A stretch of DNA of 64,000 bases from Deinococcales bacterium (GCA_031414595.1 JANNVX010000088.1:192001-256000), one strand, 5' to 3'. Positions 1-11,602 are shown, counted from the stretch's first letter. The notes: generated from the sequence alone by a model not told the origin. Translations and numbers: made by a program.

Positions 1-2201
1 GTGATGTGCAGGGATTTGTGATTCCTGCCGGTAGCAAAGCCGTGGCGCTTTCACTCTCGAGTGACCCGACTTTTAGGTTGAGCGAAGCCAGTATCAGTGG
101 CGCTTCGTTCAACCTCAACTTGCCAGATTTACCAGATGCCGATGCCTTTGGAGCAGCCTTTGAAGCGCCCACTGGCTGCACTGGCGTAAGTGTACAACCT
201 CTTAATGCCGAGGTGGTCTGGCTGGGTTCGTCGCTCGAGGTTGCAGGGCAGTCGGCGGGTGAGTTGGTGGCAAAAAGTGGTGACAAAATTGCCCGTTGGG
301 TGTACGCCGAAGAGCCAATTACGCTAAGTGGAACGCTGACTTGTCCTGCGGCACTAGAAACTCAAACACAGGCTCGAATTGGTAACAACACGCAATACAA
401 CCTCAAGCTGATTCAAGGCTGGAATCTGGTCTTAAGCAACACCGACGAGACAAGCTTTATCAATGCGCCGATGAGTACGTCCGTCACTTGGGGCGTAAAA
501 ACCTCGAATGACTTTGTGGCTGCCAAAGGTAGCGACACGGGTAGCACCGTCACGCGGTTAAAGGGGACGCTCGGCGAAGCAGGTTACGGCTTAGTCGTGA
601 AGCTCGAAAAACCCGGAACGGGCAACTCCAATGACTTGACTGCTGCGCCATCAGCCGCATCTGGAGCCGATGGCAGCTTTGAAATCAACTTGCCTCCTAC
701 TTTGAACCTAGCCTTGCTAGGCGCAGCTTCTGGTCTAAAAGAGGAAGGCTGCCAAGGCAATTTTACTTTGAGTAATCCAAATGCTTTGTTGGGTCAACTG
801 GCAGTTTCGGTTTATCGGGGTAATACCGCCATTGGTAAGACTTTTCTGGTGTCGTACTCGACCACAATCGGTTGGTGGTACGCCTCGAGCGCTCTGAGCA
901 TCAGTGGTCAAGAAAAATGTGGTAGTGGTGATGAGGCGTTTTTCACAAAGTACAATCTCAATTTGCAGACTGGTTGGAATTTGGTGCAGCGACTCGAGAA
1001 CAGCCTACTGCAAACCACCACTTGGAAAAACCTGAGCGGTATCTCGAGTGGTGAAAAATGGTTTATCCGTATTGAAGACGATGGGGTTGGCGTTGCGCCA
1101 GGTCCGTCTGGTGGGCTGGATGCTGGCAGCAGTGCCACGCGAATGCGCGGTAAACTGGGTGGCTGGACAGATACGCTGGTGGCAAACTTAAAACTTGAGT
1201 CCGACTCAGGAAAAAACTTGGCTTTAGCACCCTTAAGTGCAACGGGCGAGTTTGACTTGACCTTGCCAGCTACCATCGAGAGTACCTCCTTTGAAGCCCT
1301 CGAGTTGACCCAAGGTTGTGGTGCTGGTGTAACTTCCACCCCAATCAATCCAACGGGTATAAAGGCATCGCTCGAGCCAAACCGTGACGGCGCACCCTTG
1401 GGCATAATTGCTGTTGGTGGACGTGGTTTCACAGTCAACTGGGTGTATGCCTCAAGTGCTGTTCAAGTAACTGGACAGGAAAACTGCCCAAGTGGTGATG
1501 GGGCGGGCGAACTGCACGAGTACAACATTAACTTTGCATCAGGCTGGAATCTTTTGATCGAACAGGTCGTCATCAAGAATGGCAACGAAGTTTTCCTACA
1601 CAAAAGTGGTACGTTACCAACTGGTTCACAATGGTACTTTGAAGCCGACAAAGAACCTGGTCTACCAGATACGGGCAGCACCACAAACAGCCTGAGCGGT
1701 TCAGTTGGGGCTGGTTTTGCGAATAACAGTTTGCTCTTGAAGGTGGGCGGTCAAACGATCTTGACCACCCTACTTGGAACTAACGGCGAAGCCACCGCGA
1801 CCTTGCCTGCTACGGTTACTTTGAGCGCCCTCAAGTCGCTCAGCCCTGCTCGAGCCGACTGCACTGGAGCTTTAAGCTTCGCGTCGCCAAGCAAGTACGG
1901 TGTCCTCAGCCTCGAGATTTGGAAACTCTCAACCTTCAAAAGCCCAGTCGAAATTACCAATGAAGACTCGGATGGCTCACTCGAGAAAATTTCTTGGTGG
2001 TACTTGGAAACGGCAACCACAGTCAGTGGCACACAAGCATGTGCGGGTCTGGTCAACAACACATTCAAATACGACCTTAATTTGCAAGCGGGTTGGAATT
2101 TGGTGCTTGAGCATGTCGAAGAAGAACCAACTGGTGACCGTGACACCAAATTCAGCACCGTCAGCACTGTGCCTGAAGGCACACGTTGGGGCAGCAATTA
2201 A
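1..2201 (+). CDS. Large repeat protein, probably surface or secreted (5'-truncated); four ~185-aa Cys-containing repeats
   Basis: Frame is open from the window edge. The motif Y-x-L-N-L-x-x-GWNL occurs four times, and repeats start DTGS/DAGS at about 534, 1119 and 1668. Confidence 0.8.
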   Translation, partial: DVQGFVIPAGSKAVALSLSSDPTFRLSEASISGASFNLNLPDLPDADAFGAAFEAPTGCTGVSVQPLNAEVVWLGSSLEVAGQSAGELVAKSGDKIARWVYAEEPITLSGTLTCPAALETQTQARIGNNTQYNLKLIQGWNLVLSNTDETSFINAPMSTSVTWGVKTSNDFVAAKGSDTGSTVTRLKGTLGEAGYGLVVKLEKPGTGNSNDLTAAPSAASGADGSFEINLPPTLNLALLGAASGLKEEGCQGNFTLSNPNALLGQLAVSVYRGNTAIGKTFLVSYSTTIGWWYASSALSISGQEKCGSGDEAFFTKYNLNLQTGWNLVQRLENSLLQTTTWKNLSGISSGEKWFIRIEDDGVGVAPGPSGGLDAGSSATRMRGKLGGWTDTLVANLKLESDSGKNLALAPLSATGEFDLTLPATIESTSFEALELTQGCGAGVTSTPINPTGIKASLEPNRDGAPLGIIAVGGRGFTVNWVYASSAVQVTGQENCPSGDGAGELHEYNINFASGWNLLIEQVVIKNGNEVFLHKSGTLPTGSQWYFEADKEPGLPDTGSTTNSLSGSVGAGFANNSLLLKVGGQTILTTLLGTNGEATATLPATVTLSALKSLSPARADCTGALSFASPSKYGVLSLEIWKLSTFKSPVEITNEDSDGSLEKISWWYLETATTVSGTQACAGLVNNTFKYDLNLQAGWNLVLEHVEEEPTGDRDTKFSTVSTVPEGTRWGSN

Positions 2202-2223
2202 CCTTGGAGCTTTGGAGGAATTT

Positions 2224-3645
2224 ATGAACATTGATCGCCGCAATTTTCTCAAAGCCACGGGACTAGGCTTTTCTGGAGCGCTCTTAAGTGCCTGTGGCAC
2301 GACCAACACTGCGCCGTTACCCCCAGGCACGGACGGCATCCTACCGAACGGGTACCGGTTCTATGCAATCAAGCACAACACCGATATTCTGCCCGGTGGT
2401 CGCAAAGGTCTAACTTTGCGCCTCGATGCCGCAATAGACGCAAATGGTCGGGTGGTTTACGGTGCGATTGACAACCAAGACCAAATTGGATTGTACGCCT
2501 TACAATTGGATTTCAGTCAAGCCACACCTCGAGTCTCGAGCGAAGAAAGGTTGGTTCAGGTCGGTGATGTACTCGATGGGCGGCGGGTGGTTGAACTAGG
2601 AACACATGACATCAACCGTCAAGGACAACTGGCGCTGGTGGTCAAGGTCGAGACTGAAATGACCTTTAAGACATCAGACGATCAAGGCAATTTTGATGGC
2701 GGCACTGCCCCGATGAAAATGCAAGCCCTGTATCGGGATCAAGGTCAGGGCTTGACCAGAGTATTATTTGAGCATGTCTTCAACACTGAAGGTCACGAAT
2801 TTGCGGGTATGTTTGGAGACCTCAACATTCACGAAGGCGACCTGATTTTTGTCGCCAACTACTATCATAACACTGGACAAATCACCAAAGACGTGCGCCA
2901 AGGTGTGTTCTGGTTGCGCGGTCTGGACGGCAAACAAGCAAGTTTGGTCGTGACCAGTGGCACAACCTTGGCAGCCAGCACCAGCGCACCGACCATCTCA
3001 CAATTTGGTCTCATCAGCCTGCACGACTCCGGACAATTTGTGCTTCAAGCCATGCTCACTCCAGCTTCAGAATTCGCCCAACAATTTGCCCAAGGCGCAG
3101 AGCAAACGGCTGTTTTGCGTGGAAACCTCAATAGCCTTGCGCCTGCTACTCGAAAAACAGGTTCACCCAGCAACTTGCGGGTTGAAGCCAGTTCAATCTC
3201 GAGTGGTTTGCGTACAAATAGCACTCGAGCCTCGGGCTTGACCTACTTTGCGCCGCGCAGTGGACCAAACTCGAGCTTCGCCCATGTCATCAATACGGGT
3301 AGCACTCACGCGCTGGTGGTCAATAACCGCGTGGTGATGCAATCAGGTGATCGTTCGCCGACAGGCAAAACCATCAACGCCATCGCCACCCCGCAAATGG
3401 CAAGTGATGGTTTGACTTACTTTATGGTTGGCACCGACACAGGCATTGAATTGCTCGTCACTAACGGCGCACAATCACGCACCATCCTCAAAACGGGTGA
3501 TCTATTGGTCAACCACCCAAGTCCAGTCAGCGATTTTATTGGTGTTGGTTATTCTGCCATGCACAGCGACGACGAGGGGCGACTGGCGTTTGTGGTGATT
3601 CACAAAGACGACAGCCAATCCTTGGTACTCGGCTTGCCCATTTAA
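2224..3645 (+). CDS. Tat-exported lipoprotein, probable beta-propeller (NxxGxxAF-like repeats)
   Basis: GGAGGA RBS before ATG 2224; DRRNFLK twin-Arg motif and LSAC lipobox; blade-like motifs IDANGRVVY, INRQGQLAL, LHDSGQFVL, SDDEGRLAF. Confidence 0.75.
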   Translation: MNIDRRNFLKATGLGFSGALLSACGTTNTAPLPPGTDGILPNGYRFYAIKHNTDILPGGRKGLTLRLDAAIDANGRVVYGAIDNQDQIGLYALQLDFSQATPRVSSEERLVQVGDVLDGRRVVELGTHDINRQGQLALVVKVETEMTFKTSDDQGNFDGGTAPMKMQALYRDQGQGLTRVLFEHVFNTEGHEFAGMFGDLNIHEGDLIFVANYYHNTGQITKDVRQGVFWLRGLDGKQASLVVTSGTTLAASTSAPTISQFGLISLHDSGQFVLQAMLTPASEFAQQFAQGAEQTAVLRGNLNSLAPATRKTGSPSNLRVEASSISSGLRTNSTRASGLTYFAPRSGPNSSFAHVINTGSTHALVVNNRVVMQSGDRSPTGKTINAIATPQMASDGLTYFMVGTDTGIELLVTNGAQSRTILKTGDLLVNHPSPVSDFIGVGYSAMHSDDEGRLAFVVIHKDDSQSLVLGLPI

Positions 3646-3676
3646 GCAATGGTACTCGGCTTGCCCGTTTAAGCAA
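3623..3676 (+). repeat. 27-bp tandem duplication spanning the stop codon
   Basis: tggtactcggcttgccc(a/g)tttaagcaa occurs twice with one mismatch. Confidence 0.95.
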
Positions 3677-3701
3677 TTTTTGAATCAAAAGGAGTTCATT
3701 C

Positions 3702-4835
3702 ATGCCCGACCTTGCCATCACCACCCTCGAGACTTCGCCGTCTTTGGACATCTGTCAGGGCTTTGCGATCATTCCAGCACTGGGAACATTGCGTGCCAGT
3801 GTGCAAGGCTCGAATGTGCAACGCCAACTGCTGAATATCAACTACACAAGCTGGTTTATTAACGTGATTGTGGATGTGCGCTGGAGCTACTTTTTTGGGA
3901 TTTGCGGACCCGCTTGGGCGATGAACACCGAAGTCGGCGGCAACTTTGATAACCCAGACCAACCGGCTGTACAACTGAACTGGGCAGGCAAATACGGCGA
4001 TGGAACTCAGGACGGTTTCGCTGGCGGCATTCAAGTTGGTCTGGAATTTGCCGTGACTTGGAATTACGATATTTTCCCACCGCGAATCTTCCCAAGGCTT
4101 CAGGGCAATGGTGAATTTCGCATTAACATCCTGAAGACCTTTCTCGATTTTCTGATTTCTCGAGCCACCGCCGGCGGTTCTGGGGCGAAAGGCTCGGATA
4201 AACCGCGCACCTCGAGCCAAGGCACTTTGGATTTTGACATGTTCCAAACGAGGAATGGCGAATGGAAATCCAAGGGTAACATTCAAATGACACCCGGCAT
4301 TGAAGGCACATTGAATGTGATTGACCTGATTCCCTTTACCAAAGCCGCTAATGCGCTGTTGCAACGTTTTGGCGGTACGATCATTGCTGGACCAGTGGTA
4401 CAAGTTGGTTTTCCAATTACGATTGCCCCCAGCGAAATTGTCATTGGCAAGCAGTCCTATAACAACTTGCGCTTCGATGCCAACCGCACCATTGGTGACC
4501 GTAACGCTGGCGGCGACAAAGCCGACAATCCCGACACCAAATTGACCCTCAACATCAAACAGACCAGCCGCGTTGAGGTTCGGGTCGGTATCGAACTGGC
4601 AATTTCACACTCGAGATTCGGTTACTTCGGTCAAAAATGGACATGGAGCATTGTGGATTTTATTTCCGCGCTGGCAGGTGTGCCATTGGGAACCGATACA
4701 GATGCGTTTAACGCGCTCGAGAACACCATCGGTACGGTTAATAAATCTTTTGAAGCCCAGAGCGGCAGTTGTGGTTGTGGTCCCGCCACCACGCAAATTA
4801 GGCGAAAAGTCGTGTTTGGAGGCGCAACCCAATGA
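3702..4835 (+). CDS. Hypothetical beta-rich protein without a signal peptide; C-terminal SCGCG
   Basis: AAGGAG RBS; 377-aa ORF; its stop overlaps the next start (ATGA). Confidence 0.75.
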   Translation: MPDLAITTLETSPSLDICQGFAIIPALGTLRASVQGSNVQRQLLNINYTSWFINVIVDVRWSYFFGICGPAWAMNTEVGGNFDNPDQPAVQLNWAGKYGDGTQDGFAGGIQVGLEFAVTWNYDIFPPRIFPRLQGNGEFRINILKTFLDFLISRATAGGSGAKGSDKPRTSSQGTLDFDMFQTRNGEWKSKGNIQMTPGIEGTLNVIDLIPFTKAANALLQRFGGTIIAGPVVQVGFPITIAPSEIVIGKQSYNNLRFDANRTIGDRNAGGDKADNPDTKLTLNIKQTSRVEVRVGIELAISHSRFGYFGQKWTWSIVDFISALAGVPLGTDTDAFNALENTIGTVNKSFEAQSGSCGCGPATTQIRRKVVFGGATQ

Positions 4836-6013
4836 ATCCCGACCTTCAACGGCAACTCGAAGCATCACTCGAAGCTCAATTTGCCAGCGCTCAAGCCTTA
4901 GGTGCTGAGGTAAACGATAACGAATTGCGACTCGAGACTGCGGCTGATTTATTTGCCGCGATTGAGTCCAATGATTTGCTGACCCGTCTGAGTGTCCTCG
5001 AGGCAATCGCCAATGAACCCGAATCGGCACTGGCATTAGGGTCAGATGGAAAACGTGATTTAATCGCCGTGCTTCGTTCCGAACTCGAACAGGTCTTCAG
5101 TCCAGAGATGCGAATGTACTTGCTTTCAGCCTTGACTGCCATGCCTAGCGATCCACGGGTCACGACTGCACTCGAGCAAATCTGGTTTTTGTCCTCGGAT
5201 ACCAATGAACGGTTGTGTGTCGTCTCGAGGTTGGTGCAAGAAGCAGAACCTGCGGTGCGCCAACACCTCGAACGCAGTTTAATGTGCAGTGATTCAGAGC
5301 GTGTCCAAAGCGTGGCAAACGTCTGGCAATCTTTGAGCCAAGATTCGCCAGCCCTGCACCTGCGCTTGGCGTTGGCTGCCGAGCATTTCAAAGGAACTGT
5401 CCCAAGACTCGAACAAAATACCGAGCTTTGGTTAAGCGAATTGCGAGGGGTATTTGCTGACCGCGCTCGAGAAATGCTCGAAACAAACTCTACCCAAAGC
5501 ATTGAAGTGCTTAGTGGCGCGTGGCAAAAACTCAACCGCGAGACTCGAGCTTGGTTGCTTGACCTTGCACGACGCGTCGAATCCGAGAAACTCTCACGCT
5601 TAACCGACCTTGCCCTGCAAGACCAAAACTTGCAATTAGAAACCATTCATGCCGCCAGCGCACCTTCCATCACAAATCAGTACACCCAACAACTCGAGCA
5701 ACTGGCAAACCATAGCCCTGTCCCTGAAATACAAGCCGCCGCGATTCGGGCGGGTGCGCCAGGTAACAACCGCACTCGAGCTTTGCAAGCCAATGCCAGA
5801 ACGGTGCGAATAGCCGCCATTCGTCAACTCGGAAATACCGACCAGACCACGCTGCTCGAGTTACTACACGATACAGATTGGCGTATTCGCAGTGCTGCCG
5901 CCGACCGCCTGAGTTCATTTGGTGAAACTGGCAAACTTGCCGTTCAAGCGCTCCTAGAACACGAATGGCTCGAGGTTCGCATCGCAGCAGCTCGAGTTAT
6001 GCAAACTTACTAA
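4832..6013 (+). CDS. HEAT-repeat protein
   Basis: Helical repeats such as VRIAAIRQLG, DWRIRSAAADRL and LEVRIAAARVM. Confidence 0.8.
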   Translation: MNPDLQRQLEASLEAQFASAQALGAEVNDNELRLETAADLFAAIESNDLLTRLSVLEAIANEPESALALGSDGKRDLIAVLRSELEQVFSPEMRMYLLSALTAMPSDPRVTTALEQIWFLSSDTNERLCVVSRLVQEAEPAVRQHLERSLMCSDSERVQSVANVWQSLSQDSPALHLRLALAAEHFKGTVPRLEQNTELWLSELRGVFADRAREMLETNSTQSIEVLSGAWQKLNRETRAWLLDLARRVESEKLSRLTDLALQDQNLQLETIHAASAPSITNQYTQQLEQLANHSPVPEIQAAAIRAGAPGNNRTRALQANARTVRIAAIRQLGNTDQTTLLELLHDTDWRIRSAAADRLSSFGETGKLAVQALLEHEWLEVRIAAARVMQTY

Positions 6014-6061
6014 TCCGCTCCCATCATTGAAACCAATTCATGGCTCGAGTAGACTCAAAAA

Positions 6062-8107
6062 TCAGGTTTTATACTGATTTGCCAGTCCTTTCAATCGCTC
6101 TGCCACATCTGCAAGGTGCTGACTGGCGTTGCGGGTGTCGTTGGTACTGGCTAGGTTCTGGGTTGCGCTTTGCTGAATTTGCTGCATGGCACTGCCAATT
6201 TGCTCCATACCAATGGCGTGTTGTTGAACACTGGCAAAAATCAGTTGAGCATTGGTGGCGGCTTCTTGAATTGCGTACTCGAGGTCATGAATGGTACTCG
6301 AGACCGATTCAATGCTGTGCGTCCCCGTTTCGGCACTTTTTAGCCCCTGCTCAGTGGTCATCACGGCGGTGTTGGTGCTGCTTTGAATCTCGCCTAGAAT
6401 ACTCGAGATTTGAGTGGTGGCAGTTTTACTCTGCTCGGCTAAAATTCTAATTTCTTGGGCAACCACCGCAAAACCTTTGCCATTTTCGCCGGCTCTAGCT
6501 GCCTCGATGGCGGCATTTAAGGCAAGCATATTGGTTTGGTCAGCGAGTTTAGAAACAGTTTGAATAATTTCACCGATGGCTTGGGTTTGTTCGGATAGTT
6601 CGAGGATGTTCTGGGCAATCTGTCCGACCCGCTCTCGGATGTCATTCATGCTGACCGTGGCAATCCGAGCGGCTTGCACACCCACAGAGGCAACTTGGCT
6701 GGCGGCTTTGGCACTGCTGTTGACACTGCTGGCATTCTCGGCAATCTGGTCAGCACTGGCATGAACTTGCCTGACCGTACTGGTGGTCTGGGCGACACTG
6801 GCGTTTTGCCCCGTGGCGCTCGAGGCTTGTTGTCCAGTGGCAGCTAGAATTTCTTGGGCAGCCGAAGAAACTTGGGCTGCACTGCCCTGCAAGTTCTCAA
6901 TCAGTTCGGCTAAACGCGTGGTCATCGAAGCAAAGGCATTGCCAAATTGGTCATCAGCCGATTCTGGACTGATTCGATGACCGATGTCGCCACTGGCAAT
7001 TTTTTCGGCGGTCTCCGCCATCTTGCGTTGGTACAAAGTCATTTTTTGTAAAGCTATCGAAACCTGACCAATTTCATCTCTAGCATCATCCACAAAATTC
7101 TGCTCTAAGTTGCCTCTAGCCAATTCCTGAGCCATTTCTGCCATTTTCCTTGCCCGAAAACCAATGCTGTTGGTAATCACAAAAATCGAAATAACCAACA
7201 GTGGCACAATTAAACTCATCGAAGTAATAATAGAGGTGAGTAAACCGCTTGCTTCTTTAACAACCAAGGCTGCCTCGATTTTCTGGCTTAAATTGATGTA
7301 AACAGCCACTAAAAACGGCGGGATACTCAAACAGAGCATTAAGAAAATTGAATTAAAAATACTCGAGTCACGTATCCAACGAATAAAAGCTGGTAATTTG
7401 TCTCGAGAAGTCAGAATTTCGGTTTGACGCGGATAAAAAGCCAAAAAAGAAATTCCCAACATCCAAAAATTGTGGCGAAAATGACCCGCTAACTCGTTAT
7501 TAAAAGCCGCTACTGTGGTGACCATGAGTTGCGCCAAACTGACCACTGCAATACCTCGGGTAATACTTTGCATCACTTGCCAATTAAAATCACGGCTTTT
7601 ACTTGAAAAGGTCAGCCGTAAAAACAAAACAGTCAGAAAAATAGCCACACTCTGATAAACAATCCTGACCAAGCTCGGTTGTAGTAAAGCCGTCATTAGC
7701 CCAGAAACAGCCACGGTAATAAAAACACTCGAAAATAAGATATTAAAGCCCAATCCAGCCTTAAAAAACCCGTGACGCTCGAGTAAAAAAGGGGTTTGAA
7801 TCCCACTGAAAATTAAAAAAAACACACCCAGTAAAGAAAAAAAAGTATCAGTGTCGATGGCTTGGGAAACAGTCAAAAGCGGAATGACTTCTCCAATACC
7901 AAGAAAAACCAAACCCAAAGCCAGACCACGCAATGAGCCACGAATGGCTGGGGTTAATTGATTGGCGGCAGACAATAAAAAATAAACTCCGATAAAATCA
8001 GTTATCCCAAGAATGTAAACTCGCGCTTCGCGTGAATCAAAACCAAAGGCGACAATGGTTGCCAGCCAGATAGCGACAACAAGAAATAAATTGCTTGGCG
8101 AACTCAT
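6062..8107 (-). CDS. Methyl-accepting chemotaxis protein with multi-TM N-terminus and HAMP domains
   Basis: Signalling hairpin [35 protein letters not shown] motif RDEIGQV. Confidence 0.92.
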   Translation of the reverse strand: MSSPSNLFLVVAIWLATIVAFGFDSREARVYILGITDFIGVYFLLSAANQLTPAIRGSLRGLALGLVFLGIGEVIPLLTVSQAIDTDTFFSLLGVFFLIFSGIQTPFLLERHGFFKAGLGFNILFSSVFITVAVSGLMTALLQPSLVRIVYQSVAIFLTVLFLRLTFSSKSRDFNWQVMQSITRGIAVVSLAQLMVTTVAAFNNELAGHFRHNFWMLGISFLAFYPRQTEILTSRDKLPAFIRWIRDSSIFNSIFLMLCLSIPPFLVAVYINLSQKIEAALVVKEASGLLTSIITSMSLIVPLLVISIFVITNSIGFRARKMAEMAQELARGNLEQNFVDDARDEIGQVSIALQKMTLYQRKMAETAEKIASGDIGHRISPESADDQFGNAFASMTTRLAELIENLQGSAAQVSSAAQEILAATGQQASSATGQNASVAQTTSTVRQVHASADQIAENASSVNSSAKAASQVASVGVQAARIATVSMNDIRERVGQIAQNILELSEQTQAIGEIIQTVSKLADQTNMLALNAAIEAARAGENGKGFAVVAQEIRILAEQSKTATTQISSILGEIQSSTNTAVMTTEQGLKSAETGTHSIESVSSTIHDLEYAIQEAATNAQLIFASVQQHAIGMEQIGSAMQQIQQSATQNLASTNDTRNASQHLADVAERLKGLANQYKT

Positions 8108-8154
8108 GCTTGTATCATAACGTGAATTGTCGGGTCAGCGCGTGCAAACATAAC

Positions 8155-10428
8155 TTAAGGGACTTTACGGGTTCGCAAAGCCAAAGTCTCGAGAATCCAA
8201 GCCAGTAAATTTACAGCATAAATTGCGGCTAAGGCAATCAGTAAATACTGCCAATTGCTTTTTAGATCAAGTAAAGGTGGCAAATTTGACAAGCCCAAAA
8301 TACTCGAGCCTTGTAAGATGCTTTCTGCAAACGGCAACTGATACCACTGGATGACAATCAAAGCCACCAGTGCCACGCTTGGTGGTAGTAACAAAATTCC
8401 CCAGACCTCATCGGCTAAACCAGACCCCGGTATGAGAATTGCTCCCAAATGATAAAGCACTGAACGTGGCGCATTTCGTGCCGAAGCTACCCTTGGCACA
8501 AGCAACCACAAGACACTCAATAAAACAGTGATGAGAACCAATGCCCCTAAAGCCTGATGCGCCCAAAAAGGCAAACCAAAATTGAGGGCTAACCAGTAAT
8601 TCCAAGGGTCTTGGACCATCCGCCTAAATTCTTGTTCTAAAGTACCAAAACGCAGCACCACCAATTCTTCGGTACTTGGCACTTCTAGCATGGCAGTGCC
8701 TTTGCGGTAAGCAGTATGAAAAGCGGCTCGATAACCAACAATGCTCGAGCCAAGGTTTTGATTGGCGACCCTCGAGCCGAGTCCAGCCGCCCGTTGAAAT
8801 TCGCGTTCAGAACCAGCCTTATCGCCGCGAGCAGCCAAAATCACCCCAAGGTTATTGGCTGCCCCTGCGATATCTCCACTGGCACGGTAGGCTAGAATAG
8901 CCCCGTCATTATCATTGCCAAGTTGTAAACCTAAACCACGCAAATAATCAGAGGTGGGTTGTGGCACACTATTTAAGGCTTGAAAATAACTTGTTCCACC
9001 AGCGCTGCCTTGGGTTAAAAATGACCCACGAAGCCATTTATCGGTTTGGGTACTGTATTGCCAAACGCCAATGCCCACCACGCTTGCCAGTAATAAGACC
9101 AGCAAAACCAGTTTTTCGGTAAAGGTAAAATAAGCTGGCATACTGTGGCGTAACCGTGCAAAAGGCGCACGTCCAATTGCCGCAAAACGCCCACCAAACG
9201 GCGCTAAGTCCTTGGTTTGTTGCGACCAGTATTTAAGCAGCAAGACAAACTGCAACAACAAAAACGAAACCAGCGCCACCACTGTCCCCGCCAAAGCAAA
9301 CGCTGATAAACGCACCAAACCAGCATCTCCAAATCGAAAGACGCTACCCTTATCTAAATCGGTGATCAATTCACGAACTTGCCGAGCTTCACCTGCTCGG
9401 GTCTGGGCATCTAACCACGCCGCATACTCGAGAAACACTGTACCCGCCCCCGGAAAATGAGGCGTGGTGTCGCGCAAATAGGCTAACCAAGCCTCAGCAC
9501 GTTTTGGATTATTGTTCTCAAACAATCTTTTAGCTGTTTCAAGCGGATTACCCCAAGCCACCAAAACCGCCTTGGAAACCGCAAAGCCCGGGTCATAACC
9601 ACTTTCGGCGTACTGAACTCTGGCTTGAGTCAATGCCAAATCTGCCAATTCCGGTTGATTGGCTTTTTCAAACTCTTGGGCTAATCGCAAAAAAACATAA
9701 AACGGCACGCTGATTTCGAGTGCTTGCGAAAAAGCAGCCTTGGCAGCCTCAGCTTGATTGGCTTTTTGTAAAGCCATCCCCAGTTGTACTTTCAGAAGCG
9801 GATTTGTAGCATCGAGCGCCACCCGTTCACGCCAAAAAGCCACTGGGTCACCAATTACTTTTTCGCGCCAGCCACGATTAAGGGTCTCGAGGAGGGCTGG
9901 ACTTGAGGCAAACACCACTCGTTCAAGAATTTTGCCATTTTCGAGCAGAAAAATTTCCTCAACCCCTGGTGCGGTTTGTACGGCTGCTCGGTAGCCAGAC
10001 ACGGTAGGCTCTAAAGTTTTGACCTGCCCAGATAAATAAAAACGCTGGGTGATTTTGCCATTACCTGCCTCTTTTGCCACAATCGAACTGCCATCAGCTA
10101 CAAATTCTAATTGTGGTGGAGTCCGAACCAACGAAGCCGACAACTTTCCGCTTTTTGCTGAAACCGACAACCGAGAACCACCGACTTTTAACTCGAGCCG
10201 AAAACCACCCTGCGCGTTAGCCTGAACCGTGGCTGGCACTGCCTTACCATCGGGCAGCATTGGACGAGGCTCAGTAAAACTCAGTGCCACCGTAGACGTG
10301 GCTTCAAACCCTTGTCCGCTTAAGGTGGTGCGTCCATCTGGCGATGGCAACCACGGGCTGACCTCCAACGACTGCGCCAAACTCGAGCCAAGCAGTAGCC
10401 CAATACAAATAATCACAAACCGAATCAC
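8155..10428 (-). CDS. TPR-containing integral membrane protein
   Basis: Signal peptide from GTG 10428 preceded by a TATTCT -10; TPR-like helices ([10 protein letters not shown]); several TM segments. Confidence 0.7.
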   Translation of the reverse strand: MIRFVIICIGLLLGSSLAQSLEVSPWLPSPDGRTTLSGQGFEATSTVALSFTEPRPMLPDGKAVPATVQANAQGGFRLELKVGGSRLSVSAKSGKLSASLVRTPPQLEFVADGSSIVAKEAGNGKITQRFYLSGQVKTLEPTVSGYRAAVQTAPGVEEIFLLENGKILERVVFASSPALLETLNRGWREKVIGDPVAFWRERVALDATNPLLKVQLGMALQKANQAEAAKAAFSQALEISVPFYVFLRLAQEFEKANQPELADLALTQARVQYAESGYDPGFAVSKAVLVAWGNPLETAKRLFENNNPKRAEAWLAYLRDTTPHFPGAGTVFLEYAAWLDAQTRAGEARQVRELITDLDKGSVFRFGDAGLVRLSAFALAGTVVALVSFLLLQFVLLLKYWSQQTKDLAPFGGRFAAIGRAPFARLRHSMPAYFTFTEKLVLLVLLLASVVGIGVWQYSTQTDKWLRGSFLTQGSAGGTSYFQALNSVPQPTSDYLRGLGLQLGNDNDGAILAYRASGDIAGAANNLGVILAARGDKAGSEREFQRAAGLGSRVANQNLGSSIVGYRAAFHTAYRKGTAMLEVPSTEELVVLRFGTLEQEFRRMVQDPWNYWLALNFGLPFWAHQALGALVLITVLLSVLWLLVPRVASARNAPRSVLYHLGAILIPGSGLADEVWGILLLPPSVALVALIVIQWYQLPFAESILQGSSILGLSNLPPLLDLKSNWQYLLIALAAIYAVNLLAWILETLALRTRKVP

Positions 10429-10522
10429 AGCTTCGAGAATAGCACTTTTCCAGACTCGAATCCCACTTCGTCCCCCATTTTGTAACGCATCTGTACCGCC
10501 TCGAGATGCTACCCTGTTCTTC

Positions 10523-11554
10523 ATGGCAAAGACTGATGTTTTAATCGTTGGCGCAGGACCCGTAGGATTGTTCGCCGCTTTTTATGTTGGAATGCGCGAT
10601 TTATCAATGCGAATTGTAGACCCTCTACCCGAAGCCGGCGGGCAATTAACCGCCCTTTATCCAGAAAAATACATTTATGACGTGGCTGGATTCCCAAAAA
10701 TTCGCGCCAAGGAACTGGTCAAAAACCAAGTTGAACAACTCGCGCCATTTTACCCGATTTATAACTTAAGCGAACGCGCCGAAAAACTCGAGAAGCTATC
10801 CGACGGTAGTTTTTCGCTGGTTACCGATAAAGGTAACACCTACCAAGCGGCGGCGGTGATTATCGCTGGGGGTGTTGGCGCATTTGAACCACGCAAAGTT
10901 GTTGCGCCCGGTATTGCCGAATTTGAAGGTAAAGGCGTGCAGTACGCCGTCAAAAACCTCGAGATGTACCGAGGCAAACGAGTCCTGGTGATGGGCGGAG
11001 GGGACAGCGCCGTAGACTGGGTGTTAATGCTTAAAGATGTCGGCGCAAAAGTGACTTTAATTCACCGCCGTGATTCTTTTCGCGCCCATGCTGCCACCAC
11101 CAACCAAATGATTGCGGCACATGATGCTGGAGAAATCAATATCATGACCCCTTTTGAACTGCGCCGTCTCGAGGGCAACGAAAAACTCGAGCGAGCCGTG
11201 GTGTTTAACAACGCCACCCAAGCCGAAACGATTCTCGAGATAGACGAAGTGCTGAGTATGGTCGGGTATTTGAGTAAACTTGGACCCATCGCTGAATGGG
11301 GCTTAGAACTCGAGGGCAACCGCATTAAAGTATCCCAAGTTATGGAAACCAACATTGCTGGTGTCTATTCTTGCGGCGATATATGCGCCTATCAAGGCAA
11401 ACTCAAACTGATTGCGACGGGTTACGGCGAAGCTGCCATTGCCGCCAACCATGCGGCTGTGGTTGCCAATCCAAGCCTTAAGTTTGAACCTGGACACTCG
11501 AGTGAAGCCAAAGATGCACCCGGCACAAAGCCAGCCGTTGCTCCAGTGGTCTAA
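10523..11554 (+). CDS. Ferredoxin-NADP+ reductase, TrxR-like type (YumC family)
   Basis: GAGPVG FAD motif, [23 protein letters not shown] and HRR; no CxxC. Confidence 0.88.
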   Translation: MAKTDVLIVGAGPVGLFAAFYVGMRDLSMRIVDPLPEAGGQLTALYPEKYIYDVAGFPKIRAKELVKNQVEQLAPFYPIYNLSERAEKLEKLSDGSFSLVTDKGNTYQAAAVIIAGGVGAFEPRKVVAPGIAEFEGKGVQYAVKNLEMYRGKRVLVMGGGDSAVDWVLMLKDVGAKVTLIHRRDSFRAHAATTNQMIAAHDAGEINIMTPFELRRLEGNEKLERAVVFNNATQAETILEIDEVLSMVGYLSKLGPIAEWGLELEGNRIKVSQVMETNIAGVYSCGDICAYQGKLKLIATGYGEAAIAANHAAVVANPSLKFEPGHSSEAKDAPGTKPAVAPVV

Positions 11555-11562
11555 ATAACCCA

Positions 11563-11591
11563 TTGACCAGTCTGCCTTACACTGGTACACT
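11563..11591 (+). promoter_or_regulatory. Sigma-70 promoter of tRNA-Ser
   Basis: TTGACC-17 bp-TACACT, 11 nt upstream of the tRNA. Confidence 0.75.
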
Positions 11592-11602
11592 TCTCGGGCT
11601 TT

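Noticed and set aside
1900-2223. N-terminal extensions in the ORF track (also 10229, 26896, 34951, 39137, 42996, 44405, 46172, 58510)
   Set aside because: Better starts with an RBS, -10 or signal peptide lie downstream, and the extensions overlap neighbours or regulatory DNA.
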